A DNA stretch of 64,000 nt. It comes from Balanoglossus misakiensis (Eukaryota > Animalia > Hemichordata). A program made the translations under genes and the position numbers. Positions 1 to 12,819 of the stretch are shown one piece after another. The notes under the pieces are model-generated. The model was given only the letters and a program-made list of their open reading frames with translations. It did not search any database and had not been told where the DNA came from. Position 1 is the first letter of the stretch. Each line of letters opens with the position of its first letter. The DNA is taken from contig CM082579.2 of the NCBI GenBank assembly GCA_040954595.2, positions 124,001 to 188,000 of the forward strand, written 5' to 3'.

Positions 1-132
1 GTAGGCCTATACCAGAAATTCACGCATGATCCAAATTTCTATTCAACATGTGTATGATTATGTTAACACTGATATAACCATTCTTTCAAATAAAGAAGGA
101 GTCAAGTTCTTCCAATGACAAAACATCCGTAC

Positions 133-3100
133 CTCTCCAACATGGTTGCCAATCATTGCAGGAGAATGATCTTCAAAGTCATCATCTTCTTCCATTTTAC
201 GTACACCACTTTCAAGATAGAATGGTAACTGTACTATATTTTTCAAGTAGTCATATCCGCTTATGTTGGAGTCTCTAAAGACACTGTCAAAATTTATCTC
301 TATGGCCTTAATAATGATATGTGGATCAATAGCAAGGACAGTTATGAATGGACTCTGGTATCCTGAAAACAGAATATTTACTGTCTCCAAAACTTGCAGG
401 ACTTTGGCTTGCTCGCAGCTGTCCAGCCCATCAACAATGACCACCAGCCTTGTCTGCATTTTGGCAAAAGCATCAATGCACTTCACCATCTCACCCATGA
501 GTTCCACTTCACGTTTTAACACACGCATAAAGCCTTCAAGACGCAACTGGTTAAGATTCTTGGCTGCCTTGAGGACTCGCTTCTTTTGAGATCTGACCAG
601 AGAATACAAGATCTGACCCAGCGTCTTGATATTGGTGAGTAACACAATGCCAACTACTGACAGTAATCCTATGAGTACACCATTGATGACATGGTTATCA
701 TTGATGCCTTTGTTTATTCCAATGAGAATAAGACCAGTAATTATACATAGGATAACAGTCAACACTACAATAAATACTGGTAGGCAGCATATTCTTCGGA
801 AATATCCTGTATGAACACCTAAAAAATGAAGATATCCTGTATTATTACCAGGAAAACAGAAATCTCCTGTTTGATTATTGCATGCCAAAAAGGACAAAAA
901 CAGTGACATATACTGCATTCTGGAAATGTATTGGGCAATTCTCTCTGTCTTTCTCCCTCCCTCCCTCCCCCCTCTCACCTTGCTCAGCTTTACTTTTGAA
1001 AACCCTGTACAGCCTGGTTACCAGGAAACCAAATTCATCCTCTGTAGCATCACATAGAGCACCTATCATCCTAGCCAATGAGACCTCTCCACCAACACTG
1101 GTCAGCCTGCTATAGTCTGTAAATAAAAATCTTTAAAAAAAACACAAGAAAGTCTTCATATATATGGACATGTGTTCATTTGCAAGGGTTAAAATACAAT
1201 ATGATAATTATTGTTTAAGCAGTGAATTTAGTCTTACCGTATTGGCAGTGCACGAGTTGTGCTTGAAGGCAGTGTTGGGGGGTTGCAAAAACACACTTTA
1301 AGCAGCAAGGCTAAGTAACCTAACTGTTTGGCCAGGATGGTGCTAAAAGATCGTAGTGTCCTCCATTGTCTCTTCTTGGATGCAAAATGTAAAATAACTG
1401 CCAGTACAGGAAAACAGAGAAAGGGAATGGGTTATTTCTAACACTTTTACCCCTTGGCAGACATTTATGTATATTGTGGACTGATCAACAGTCCGGGTAT
1501 GGTAAACCCTTTTATTTTCCTTTTTGCAGGAAGCAGACTGATCAGCTACATACATAAACAAGGTAGATGAACTAATTCCATAGTTACTGTATTTCTCCAC
1601 AGTAAATGCCCATATAGCTAGCTACAAGGTTCAGTAGAGCACTTACCAAGCAACAACAGCAATATGGCAGCTGAAGTGATACCAAGGGCTACTCCTAATA
1701 CGTAACCTACAGTGAGTCCCAAAGTGAGACCAACAATGATACCAAATAAGATTGCAATAATGGCTGATAACCAGGAGAATCTGTACAATGGTTCTACATC
1801 TTGCTCTGCAAAAAGTCTCATCTCATCTGTCAAAGAAGAAAAAAAGTTACAATGAAAAGTGGCAACATATTAAAAGTGTTAATCTTAAAAGCAAAACAGC
1901 TGTCTTAAATCTTCTGTCTGTCTGTTTCTCTATCTGCATTCTCTCTTCTTGGTTCCCTCCCTCTTTGTTACATACATAACACATACAGACATGCATGCAT
2001 GCACGCACATGCATATGCAGTTTGGGTCTATGCTTCATGTTTTGCTGCTTGTATAAAACAATGAAACATGTGAGCAAAGAAACTTATCACAAAAATTGGC
2101 TGATGAAGTGACTAACCTTGCAGTTTCTTCAGCAAGAATGATTTGCCACTCCCCCACCTAGCAAAAAGACCCACTGTGATTGGCGGGGACAGTGTAGGTT
2201 CACTGAGTATGTCAGCCAATGAACTGCTGTACAGGTCACTCAGTAAGCTTTGCTCATCCTCTGCTGGACTAAAACTTTCTGTTTAGAGAACAATCACATC
2301 AGATAACAATATATATGAAATATATTATTCTAGGATTTTAACACTTGAAGTCACTTCACGAATTCAGTATTTATTCTCTTGACTTTATAGTTTTCACAAA
2401 GTCCTTAAGGTGAAATTCAGAATTTTGAATGAGATACATACTCATGTGAATTACCTCATAAAACTACCTGAAAAGATGTTGGCTAATGTTGCTGAAACCA
2501 TTAACCAATATCTATATTATTGATATTCTTAAAGGAATGTTCATGGCTACCACATGATTTCAGAACTTTCAAGATCCATCTGAATCCCAGATATATTTAC
2601 AACCATAATTTCTGTATTCAACTCTACACAGGTAAGTCTTACAATCGTCAATAAAGGAATACTTTTTAGTTTTTGTTTGTTCTGTTTGACTGTTATGGAA
2701 AATTATGAAAGAGACAGGATGTTGATAAAAGATAAAAAGTTTAAGTTAAAATTACATGTATATACTATGTGAGAGAAACTATTAGTACACAAAAACGACT
2801 CACTTGCACCAAATATTTGAGTAAGTATACTTTTGTGGTGAGTACAGTCTATGTTGTATGGTGTTTCTCCTGCTCTGTTTTGTCTGTACAAGAGACGACC
2901 ATCTTTGGGATTCCTAAGTAGAAGTTCAGCAATGGCTTTGTGCCGTCCTCTGATAGCTATATGCAGTGGTGTGTCACCTTTCTGTAAAGTGAAGCAAAAC
3001 TTTTCTGAATTATCTGTTTTAAAATGAGAAATGGATATTGTAATGTCTTCAGCGTACAATCTGTTGTTATGTTAGATATTCTATAAATCCTTTGATTTCT

Positions 3101-6100
3101 AAACTCTATCATCTATGCTTCTGGGGTGAAAGGGTTATAGTGAAAAAGAAGCAAGGAAACATGATAATGTATCATATGTAAAAGGTCACCTTGTCAGCAG
3201 CAGACACTTTAGCTCCTTTATCAAGCAGTAGTCTCACCATCTTTGTATTTCTGTTGCGTACAGCTTTAATAAGTGGAGTTTCATGTTCCTGAATATAAAA
3301 ATTACAATTATCAAGCATTAGGATTTGAAAGTTAATCCTGTTAAAATGTTAATGTTTGTATATCCTGTAAAATTCCTGTGGAAAGTGGAAGCATAACAAA
3401 CTCTGTAGAGCATCCCTCTGTCACTTCTCTGGAATCAAGACAAAACAGTTTTGCAACAGTCTGGGCATTATTCATGAGACAGTTATCATTCCGGCATGTA
3501 ATAAAACAGGGAGGAAAAAGAACTCACTTTATTGTAGATTTCTGTGTTTGGACCACACTCTAGTATAGCTGCAGTCATATCAAGATTGCCCTTTTCAACT
3601 GCCCAGTGAAGTGCAGTCTTGCTTTCCTATGGACAAAATTGCATAGAACTTTTCAATTCAGGGACTGACTTCAAAATAAACATGCACTCTTTACATTTGT
3701 AATGCTACACTCCAGTTGAATATAAGAAACTGTGTGTTTTATTTTTAACAAGTTAAAGCTGTTTCAATTATTAATTTAGAATATTTGGTCCATGCTAAAA
3801 CATTTTCAGTCTTGTTTTCAGCACAAAATTGATTCTATTGATCTTGTCAGAAGAATTCTCACTACTTATGCTAAGAGTCAAATCAATGTGACCAAACGTA
3901 AATTTCACTTGTTAACTTCCATTTGTTTAACATGGTAGAAATCCACCATCTTGAAATTCAGTTGACCAGATGAAGTTTTTATCACTCACCGAAGTCGCAA
4001 AATCCTATCTTAAAGTAAGGTAGTGAGAATTTAACCTACCGCTCCAATGACATCAACGTCCACAAACTTGTCAATGAGCAATCTGACAACCTCAGTATGT
4101 CCACCCTTCACAGCACAGATCAGTATGGAATCTCCATTCTGAAAATGCATTCAGCGAATCTTTTAATAGATCTCAGTCTTAATAAGTAATAACAGTGCCC
4201 TCATATTCAAGTAAATTAAAAGACAAGTAAATTTACCGGGGGACCCAGTAAGAAAAGCATAATCACTGGTCTGTACACCCTTGGAAAACAGTTCAGGAAC
4301 TGCAAACAAATATGTAGAGATAGAAATTAATTCAGACATGCAAAAAATAATTGCTACTTACTCTATCTTGTAAATTCACATATGCACCCTTACTTAGAAG
4401 AGCATTAACAATAGCTGTGCGGCCTTCTTTCGCAGCAATACTCAATGCTGTGTGACCATTCTGAAATATAACAAATTTTCACAAATATGGATTAATATTT
4501 CATATGACAAACAATCAGATGTGTATCTTGCTGACAGGAGATATCCAGAAGTGGATGGTAAAGAAATGTGTTGATTACCATGTCCACAGCATTACAGTGT
4601 GGGTTTTTCTGAAGGATTTCTTCGACACAGTCCAGGTATCCACCTTTGGTTGCCGCAATCAAGGGTGTCCATGAACGCTGTTAATGAAAATACAAAGATG
4701 TCATTACGGATACAAATAAAGCCCATCACACAATTACTACATGTACATAACCAGAAACCTTAACTGACCAAAGTAATTTCTGTGTATGATTTTAATTTTC
4801 TGAATCATCTCTGTGAACACTCAAATACAGTATTGTTTCTGGTTGATTTTCATCGTAATATACTTTATCATCCAAGTGCATTCATATCTTGCAACATGTA
4901 CATCCTGTTTCAAAGGGCAAAAAAAAACTTGCCAGGTTTTTCTACACAACATTTTTTGTAGTTTTTGTGGTGTATGATAAACCAGGTGTGATCTGAAATT
5001 TCCACAACTGGCCTGGGAGATAAATTATCAGTGGTTTCAGAATTACTGGTACATGTCAATCCAGAATTGAAACAAAAACTCACCATGCCAGCTATGTCTA
5101 CATTAGCATGTGCATCAAGCAACAGCTGAACACAACGCCTGTGACCTTTCCTAGCTGCCCATACAAGACATGTTGTACCATGCTATATTCAAGAAAAAAA
5201 TGTGAACCAAATGGTGTAATCAGGATTTTAGTTCATGTCAGCGATTTTGATTCACATAAGATTATATTATATAGAGGACAATTTCTAATCAAATTGAGGC
5301 ATTAGTTTCTTTTGCTATAGCAAGGTAAAATGTAAATAAAAAAGTTCTAGTTTACCAATACATTTTGAAATTCAACACAACCACTAAAGTAAGCATACTC
5401 TGAATCAATGACTTTCATAGAAAACAAAGCCATTGCAATTTCCATGAATTGAATCAAACATAAAAATAACAGAGAATGGTTAATCCATGTTGTGTCTTCA
5501 ATATACCTTATCTGATGAATCAACTTTGGCGTCATATTCTAACAAGAGTTCAACAGTCTGCCAGTGACCACGACCTGAAGCCCATACTATTGGCATCATG
5601 CCATGCTGAAATGCAAAGATATTTTTTCAGATGATAATGCACAATGCAAGTTCAATATTAACGTTCACCTTATCAGTTTTATTCTTTTTATGGTATTCAA
5701 ATTGATTCCACAACTTGAGGACTTGCATTTTATCATGTCCATATATTATATCATTGATATTATTGCCAAAATATATAGATTTTGTCAGTCAAAACTCAAT
5801 GTTTCTGATTGATTTTCTGTCTTTCACATGCTTTTTAAAAAGAACACAATCAATTTCCTTTTAAAATGTACTCATTTAATAAAATGATAAGCTAGAAATA
5901 ATGTTATCAGTACATGAATTAACATTCAGTCTGCTTTACTGCATGGGTGTCATTATTATTTTCAAAAGGAATTTTTCAATCGTAATGTTTCCTGTCTGCT
6001 ATAAGGGCTGAACTCATTTGAAGTAAGGGTGAATCCTTAACCTCATTATTACTTCAAGTATATTACATGAAATAATATTTTGTGTTTATCCTGTCGTTGG

Positions 6101-8367
6101 AGCACCCAATACTGACTCACCTGAGCCTGTACATTAGGATTGGCTTTATTCTCCAACAGAACTCTGGCAACTTCCGTGTGACCTTTGTAACTTGCCCACA
6201 TCAGAGCTGTCCAATCACCCTGTCAGTTTAAAAGTTGGGAGAAAAATTTTATGGCATAAACAAAAACGCCAAGTCATATATTGTCTTGTAGAAATTAAAA
6301 GATCTTATTTTGGGTTTCTTTTTGGTTAATTCGCTGAAATGTACATATGGCTTACTACAGATGCGTATAACACACACAACAGAATTGTTTAGGAAGAGTC
6401 CAGATGTGTCTATTCACATAAATGTGGATTTGGTTCGTAATTTTATAGTTCTAACTTTTTGTGGGTTGGTTTTCATCTACTTGAATAGACTTACAAGAGA
6501 TTGCATGTCACTTTGCCCTTTTCATGTCTAGCACCAATACAAATTGCACATGGAACATACAATTTATTTTATCTAACACAAACCAAAGTTGCTCAATGTC
6601 AGCTAACCTTTTTTAATCAGATTCATACTTTGAGGATACGATTTGATCAAAAATGTAAACCGACATCACTCAAACCATTGGGCAACATTGGGCAACTCTG
6701 TCTGTGGTCTGTGTTAGATAAACAAATGTTATGTTTCATCATAGACCCTAGGGTCTATGGTTTCATGCACAGTTTGTATGTGTGTTACACACTGACATGG
6801 CAAAGTCACATGAAACCGACTGTATCTAACCATGTCTCTATGTTCAACGTCTGCACCCTTCTCTAGTAGATGTTTCACAATGTCCACATAACCTTGTCTG
6901 GCAGCACACAGCAAAGCAGTCCATTTGTCCTGGAAGAGAGAGAGAGAGAGACAGAAAGCCCAGTATGAATGTAGAATAAGATTCCCTTACAAGAAATGTC
7001 TAGTAGTATATTTCTTGTATGAAGCAATGTGGCTGCTATAGACAAGATTCCACTATATGTGGTGGTCATTAACACAGGTTTGACTGTTTGTGGAGAACAT
7101 GAACTTGCAATGTAGAGTAGGAATCAGCAGAATTTACAGAAGTCTTTTTGTTTGTTTTCAAAAATTGTATCCTTGCCCACAAAATTCCTTGGACAAATTT
7201 CATAAGTTAAAACTTTGTTTCTTGTGTTGTAAAACCTCAACTTTAGTATATTTTTAGTGTGTACACTAGACCAAGTTCTCTAGTATGAATTTTTGGCTTG
7301 ATATCCATCTTTTGACATTGTGATGTCACTTGCAATTCACATAATACTGACAACTACAACATTACAATATCAAACCTCATCTTCAGCATCAACTTCAGCT
7401 CCCCTTGAAATTAATTCAGTGGCTATGGCTGTCTGCCCTCTGTCAGCTGCAAACATCAATGCAGTCTGTCCATTCTGTCAGCAAAAAACAAAACAAGCAT
7501 ATCAATAAAACAAAAATCTATGAATTGTCAACATAAGTTTCCTGTTTCTGATCTTGCTATACTTCAAATGCACAAAAAGAGCTGCAAAATATTTCCATTT
7601 TAACTGACACTAGTGACAGTATACTATAAAAAAGATACATGTTTGCAGGTCTCTTGATTTTATAATAAACCAGAATTCATCACATAAAAAGCGACAACTT
7701 TCATCAGAGTGATTTGTAAACCCTTCTTCATGACTGAATATTACTTTTATAAGAGGGTTTTTTCCAACTTCCAAGTAAACTGAAGCTGTAAAATTTATTC
7801 AAATATAGATTTCAAAACTTACCTGATCTCGTTCATTGATTGATGCTTGTCTTTCAAGGAAGTGTACCACAGCTGAGAGGTCTCCGCTGGCAATAACACC
7901 AAAGAAACTCTGTGCCAATAGTGACATACTCACTACAGAAAGAATGACACAAAACAAAATATAATCAAGAAAATGTGTCTACCAATGCACAGAAACTATA
8001 TTTATTGGCGTTTCCATGGTGATTGGTGCACTGAACAGTATAATGGTATGTTACTTTTCCAAATTCTGGCATTTCATTGTGTGTAAATGTTAAACACTGA
8101 ACACCCCAGAAAGCAATGTCCCTTCCTGTAACTTATAAACAACCATGCACGTGCATCGAAAAAACTGTGATCCTCCACAGCTAGCATTTCAGATTTTTTG
8201 CTTCTCACTGATGTACAACAGTTATTATTGATGTTGAAGAGGCCGTTCTCTGTGGTATCATAAAGATGGACAACATCTGTTTGCAGTTGATTCAATCAGC
8301 ACTTACCTGATGAGGAACTCGAGCGATTCCGCCGAATACTCGGCAATTTGACAAAAGCTCGACTCAT
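133..8367 (-). CDS. KIDINS220: Kinase D-interacting substrate of 220 kDa (ankyrin repeats, KAP P-loop NTPase, TM helices); 5' half, continues beyond window start
   Basis: Phase-consistent GT-AG exons (minus): 8367-8307, 7932-7823, 7474-7376, 6929-6831, 6219-6121, 5605-5507, 5182-5084, 4677-4579, 4460-4362, 4138-4040, 3626-3528, 3288-3190, 2981-2804, 2278-2117, 1826-1647, 1397-1238, 1130-979, 818-133. Peptides [45 protein letters not shown], Walker [12 protein letters not shown], Walker [15 protein letters not shown] and [13 protein letters not shown] match KIDINS220/ARMS as recalled. Confidence 0.97.
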
Positions 8368-9575
8368 AGCTACAAAATTTACAAATGAATTGAAGACTGG
8401 CAATGAAACATCCAGTTGATGTCTCCATCAGTGTAGGAATATACTTTCATTTTAGGTCAGGCATAGGTCAGGCACAGTCTACTCAACCACAGGACAAAGT
8501 CAAGCCCATTGCAGTTACAATGTAGACTAGTCAGCTGTTTCACACTATGGACTAGAATGGGGATTCTTACACATGAATTATTTTGGGCAAACAATTGTCT
8601 GGAGGGTATGTGACCTGCATGTAGTTTAGATTTTTTATAATTTAAACAATAGCATTATCCATTCTTGAGTAAACAAGGCAAGTGAATTGTTTAATTCAGA
8701 GCCATTGGCATAATGTCACAATTAAAAAGAATAGGAGGAATCAACTTATATGAAATTCAAATGTAATGGTCAGTTGGACCTCCCTTTGTAGTTTGTGACA
8801 GGTAGACGAGTCCAGGGCTCACCCTGTTGTGTAATGTCTAGCACACTACCAGTATTATACATGCTGTACATACTGTGTCCTAAGTCCAAAGGGCAGTGGT
8901 CTGCTTATGTTATCCACATGACCACACAGACTTACATGGAATTACATAAATATGTACACATGTTGTCTGTATACATGAAAGACCACGTTATTGATTGAGT
9001 TTAGACCACTAGTAAATTTGCTGCTGTGAGAAAATCTGTTTTCCATAAAGAAATACATTTTATCCTAAGAAAATAAAACTTTTTTTATTTCTTCAAATAA
9101 TTTGTTTGCTTTTCTAAGAACATTTTTACTTGTTTTACAAAACAAAAAAATAGACGTTGAAAAAGAAAATATTTTGTTCCATGTGTCAAAAGTTCAGACT
9201 TGAAAAGGTTAAAGTTTGCTCTTGTAAAAAAATATACAATTTACCCCAGATAAAGTTTCCTGTACAAAATTAAACGTTCGTTTTGGGGGAACATATTTCC
9301 TGATAAATATTAAAGATATTGTTTGTTTGTGGGAAATGAATCTTATAAATATTAAATATATTTTATAGAAAAATTAGATTTTAGAGTTCATAATGATAGA
9401 ATTATCTTTGGCATGTACAGCCTGTTAACCTTGTCATTGATATGTTAATGTGAGTCTGTGACCTTTCTGAGCATGTGCAGACTTCTTGCATAATTATTAG
9501 TTCAGTTTTATGGCTTCTCAGTCACTGTCAAGTGAATGTTCACAAGTACATGTATAGTTTGGGAACTTTTATCAA

Positions 9576-10189
9576 TGGTAGCAGAGCATAACGGTGGTGC
9601 ATAGCAGTAGTTACAAGAATCCTCCATTTCTTGGGACCTGATGCTGTCTATGAAACATGGAAAAAGGGAAGTCCAAGTAATGGCAAATGATGACAGATGT
9701 TGACAAGAAAAAACAAGCCTATGCAGTCACTTTGACATTGACTGGCCAAGCAAGAGCCAAGGTGCTTGAGTTGGATGTAGCAGAGTTGAATTCAAATCAT
9801 GGTAAGAACAAACTGATTACTGCACTCAATTCCTTGTTTATGAAAGAAACTGTTGACTTTCTTATGAAGCATATTCAAGGTTTGACTCCTATACAAAGAT
9901 GGCAGATGTGCCCAATTCAGACTTTGTTATTGAATTTGAACGTTGATATACACAATGTCAGAAGTATGAAATGACACTTTCTGATGTAGTTTTGTCATTC
10001 AAGTTATTGGACAGTGCAGACTTTACCCAAACTGAAAGACAACTAGTTGTAACTGCTGCATCAGATACGAAATTTTCTTCTATGATATCTGCATTGAAAT
10101 TTTTTGGTGATAATCTCACTCAACATGGTGTCTACATGGTTTGTCCAGAGTTACTATTGCAGCAAGGCACACAAACTGCCCAAAGGTAA
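9576..10189 (+). mobile_element. Decayed Copia (GalEa-like) LTR retrotransposon remnant: PBS plus frameshifted gag, in a KIDINS220 5' intron
   Basis: TGGTAGCAGAGC at 9576-9587 (tRNA-Met type PBS typical of GalEa elements), followed by gag-like peptides split across frames: PPFLGPDAVYETWKK.., TDVDKKKQAYAVTLTLTGQARAKVLELDVAELN, AYSRFDSY..DFVIEFER, MTLSDVVLSFKLLDSADFTQTERQLVVTA. No pol follows; LTRs not resolved. Confidence 0.85.
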
Positions 10190-10688
10190 AGAGATAGCAA
10201 ACAAGAATCTTTATACATTGTATTAAAAGACAAAAAAAAACCACCAACATAAACCGGTAAACTGTGTGAACTTGTGCGCATGTGTCTCTTACCATGGGAT
10301 TACATTGAGATCATTTTGCTAGAAAACACTTCTATTTGTGTCATTTTCACGAAATTTTACACACAGCTCACCCAAGTAAAAATAAATTCATTAGTCAAAT
10401 AAAATCTTATGGTCACCATGCTCTATTTTGAGATAATTTTTGCTAAATGTTTTGGCCACAGACTGCCAAAAAAATGCTGACTCACCAGTTTTCGTGAATT
10501 ATCGACTAAATTCATGGCCTTGTATTTCAAACCAAGCACAGTGACCCCAAAAGTCCACAATTAAAAGAAATTACTATACTTTCAAATCAATTTTACTGAC
10601 TGTACATTCTCAAACACAAAGAAGGTGAACGAGGCTGTGTGTTGATGGTCTGCTCCATGCACAGAGCACCTCAATGGTTCAATTATTG

Positions 10689-10785
10689 TAGCTGCAGTTC
10701 AGTAGCTGAAGGTTTTGCCTTGGTTTGTGATAAATTTGTGTGTTAGACGGCACAAACAAAGGCAAAACCTCAAGCTACTCAACTG
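10689..10785. mobile_element. Degenerate fold-back MITE with a TAGCT terminus
   Basis: Arms cagttcagtagctgaaggttttgccttggtttgtg and cacaaacaaaggcaaaacctcaagctactcaactg are imperfect inverted repeats. Core tagcttgaggttttgcc is shared with 44847-44971. The right terminus and TSD are eroded. Confidence 0.6.
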
Positions 10786-11198
10786 AAGGTTCAATGTAGA
10801 TCTTGTGTGATTGTACATGTAACGTTTGCCTTCGGAGCCCTATTTACAGTATCAGTATGATATGGGGAGAGTGTTGCGCCACCTCTCAAAAGCCGGAAAC
10901 TCTCACCATTTTTTGATTGTTTATAGGTACATTGTATACATGTACGATCACCTCCAATTTACATACGCCCATATATTTCAGAAATTGGGTATTTGAGTCT
11001 TCTAAAGAACAAATGGTGGTGCTTCTTTTTTCGTGTGTGCCAACCCTTGAAAATCTGTTATTGGCTAGATCTCAATTTGCCATGGTAACTGTAGCTATAT
11101 TTGCATAGGTGACCATATAGTAATACTTTTAAATCAATCAATCTTTATTTTACCCAACGCAAACCAGTGTAGATCAGCCTGAGTGTAGATAGTGTGCG

Positions 11199-11292
11199 TA
11201 GCTGTGGTAACGCAGCTGTACCGTTGGGGTGGGGGGGGGGTGCTGATTACCCCCCCCCCCCTCCCATTGGTACAGCTGCGTTACCACAGTTA
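11199..11292. mobile_element. ~94-bp fold-back MITE with G-tract/C-tract arms
   Basis: tagctgtggtaacgcagctgtacc...ggtacagctgcgttaccacagtta, with an inner poly-G arm pairing to a poly-C arm. Flanks tagtgtgcg / ttagtgttt only partly resemble a TSD. Confidence 0.7.
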
Positions 11293-11384
11293 TTAGTGTT
11301 TGGTGCATAGCCAATATACGAGTACAAGGCGAACATTTTGCCAAAAGGCGAGTTTCTGACGATGTCATGACTTACCTAATGAGG

Positions 11385-11922
11385 TAGCTGCAATGATTGT
11401 AGCGGGTGCTGCTAGGTGCATTACCGCTACAAGGCCTTGTGTGTAATTTTCCAATCAACTTTCGGTCGTCAGCTCAGTTACGGGGTTTAACTCTTACCTC
11501 CGATAACATTTGAAAACCGAACGGGTGCATCCCCCCAAAAAAACACCTCCGACGCCCAAATTTCCCCCAAAATTGTCCTGCTTCCATTAAAAAAAAGATA
11601 AATCCACTGAAGTTTCGCCAATGTTTACAAACTTTGTCCGCCATGTTTGCTCTAACATGGCGGAACACATCGGCGAAACTTCAGTGGATTTATCGTTTTT
11701 TTAATGGAAGCAGGACAATTTTGGGGGAAATTTAGGCGTCGGAGGTGTTTTTTTGGGGGGATGCACCCGTTCGGTTTTCAAATGTTATCGGAGGTAAGAG
11801 TTAAACCCCGTAACTGAGCTGACGACCGAAAGTTGATTGGAAAATTACACACAAGGCCTTGTAGCGGTTATGCTGCACACCAGTCAACCAAGCAGCACCG
11901 GCCGCTACAATCATTGCAGCTA
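11385..11922. mobile_element. 538-bp fold-back non-autonomous DNA transposon, TAG...CTA termini, 9-bp TSD (AcademH-like)
   Basis: TIR tagctgcaatgattgtagcgg. TSD ctaatgagg at 11376-11384 and 11923-11931. Almost the whole element is a palindrome (about 11418-11625 vs 11667-11873 near-identical) centred at ~11650. Confidence 0.92.
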
Positions 11923-12180
11923 CTAATGAGGTCACGGCAAACGCCTTTCCCTCAGATTTTGAACTTGAATCTGAAACTCCGTTAGTGAGAGAAGTTTTGT
12001 ACTCCAGGTCTTGTACTGTACGCGATTATGAAAACATGGGTATATGTACCATAATATTGAAGATTGTTACATTATAATCGAAAAATGTCGCTGAAATGAC
12101 TCACATACTTAGTGTTTAGTTATCCATCGCCGACGTAGTAGTGCGAGATAAAATAAAACAACGCACACTCGTTTTGTCGT
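11923..12180 (-). other. Probable non-coding 5' exons of KIDINS220
   Basis: Minus-strand donor GTGAGT at 12104-12099. Acceptor cttctctcactaacggagtttcag ends at 11971 with a CTAAC branch point. Original donor AG|GTAAGT at 11376/11375. CpG-rich region with ETS motif acttccgg near 12216. TSS not determined. Confidence 0.5.
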
Positions 12181-12463
12181 CCAGAAAGAAGGTCACGCAT
12201 CAACAACTAGAAACTACTTCCGGGCTAAGTCAGAGGTCAACGAATTTAACCTTTAGACCACCTAGCTTCGTAAAAAGTCAAAAACCCTAATCCGTTCGCG
12301 TAAACGTTTTAGTTTTAAACCTTTGACCAACAACTGACAATTTTTACTGCAGTTGGGAAGTAATGTATGCGGTCAAATATGTGACGTGCAATCCATTTCC
12401 GCAAGCGAAGGCCTGCTAATTTGATTAACAATGAACGGAAACTTAGGGGTGCTCTCCTGTATC

Positions 12464-12721
12464 GTGTTACCGCCATCTTGAAAATTTGCAGTGCATTGTG
12501 GGTAAAATTAGTTCCGGTTGGGGGGGGGGAGTAGCGTCTACAATCTATCCATTTTCCAGCGTTTAGTCAGATTTTCTTCATGTAACTACTACTACTAACG
12601 TAACTTGAAGAAAATCTGACAAAACCGCTGGAAAATTGGATAGATTGTAGACGCTACTCCCCCCCAACCGGAACTAATTTTACCCACAATGCATTGCAAA
12701 TTTTCAAGATGGCGGTAACAC
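12464..12721. promoter_or_regulatory. 258-bp palindrome carrying mirrored ETS, ZNF143 and YY1 motifs between divergent KIDINS220 and RFXAP
   Basis: Right arm: ccggaa (~12668), TACCCACAATGCATTG (12681-12696, ZNF143/Staf consensus), CAAGATGGCGG (12705-12715, YY1). The left arm has the reverse complements (12489-12504, 12470-12480). Inner 12532-12656 is a tagcgtctac...gtagacgcta fold-back. Confidence 0.8.
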
Positions 12722-12819
12722 AGTGCTGAAGTTATTCTCAACCAAGATCATGGCTACGTTTTTGCTGGTGCCCACGACACGTTGAGCGGAAACACAAATG
12801 CTTTATTTTACGTGAACAA

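Noticed and set aside
263-1115. + strand ORFs 263-589, 626-814, 882-1115
   Set aside because: Antisense to KIDINS220 coding exons.
11474-11668. 64-aa ORF MADKVCKHW.. in the fold-back element
   Set aside because: No recognisable domain, and the mirror arm differs by indels near the start. At most a uORF.
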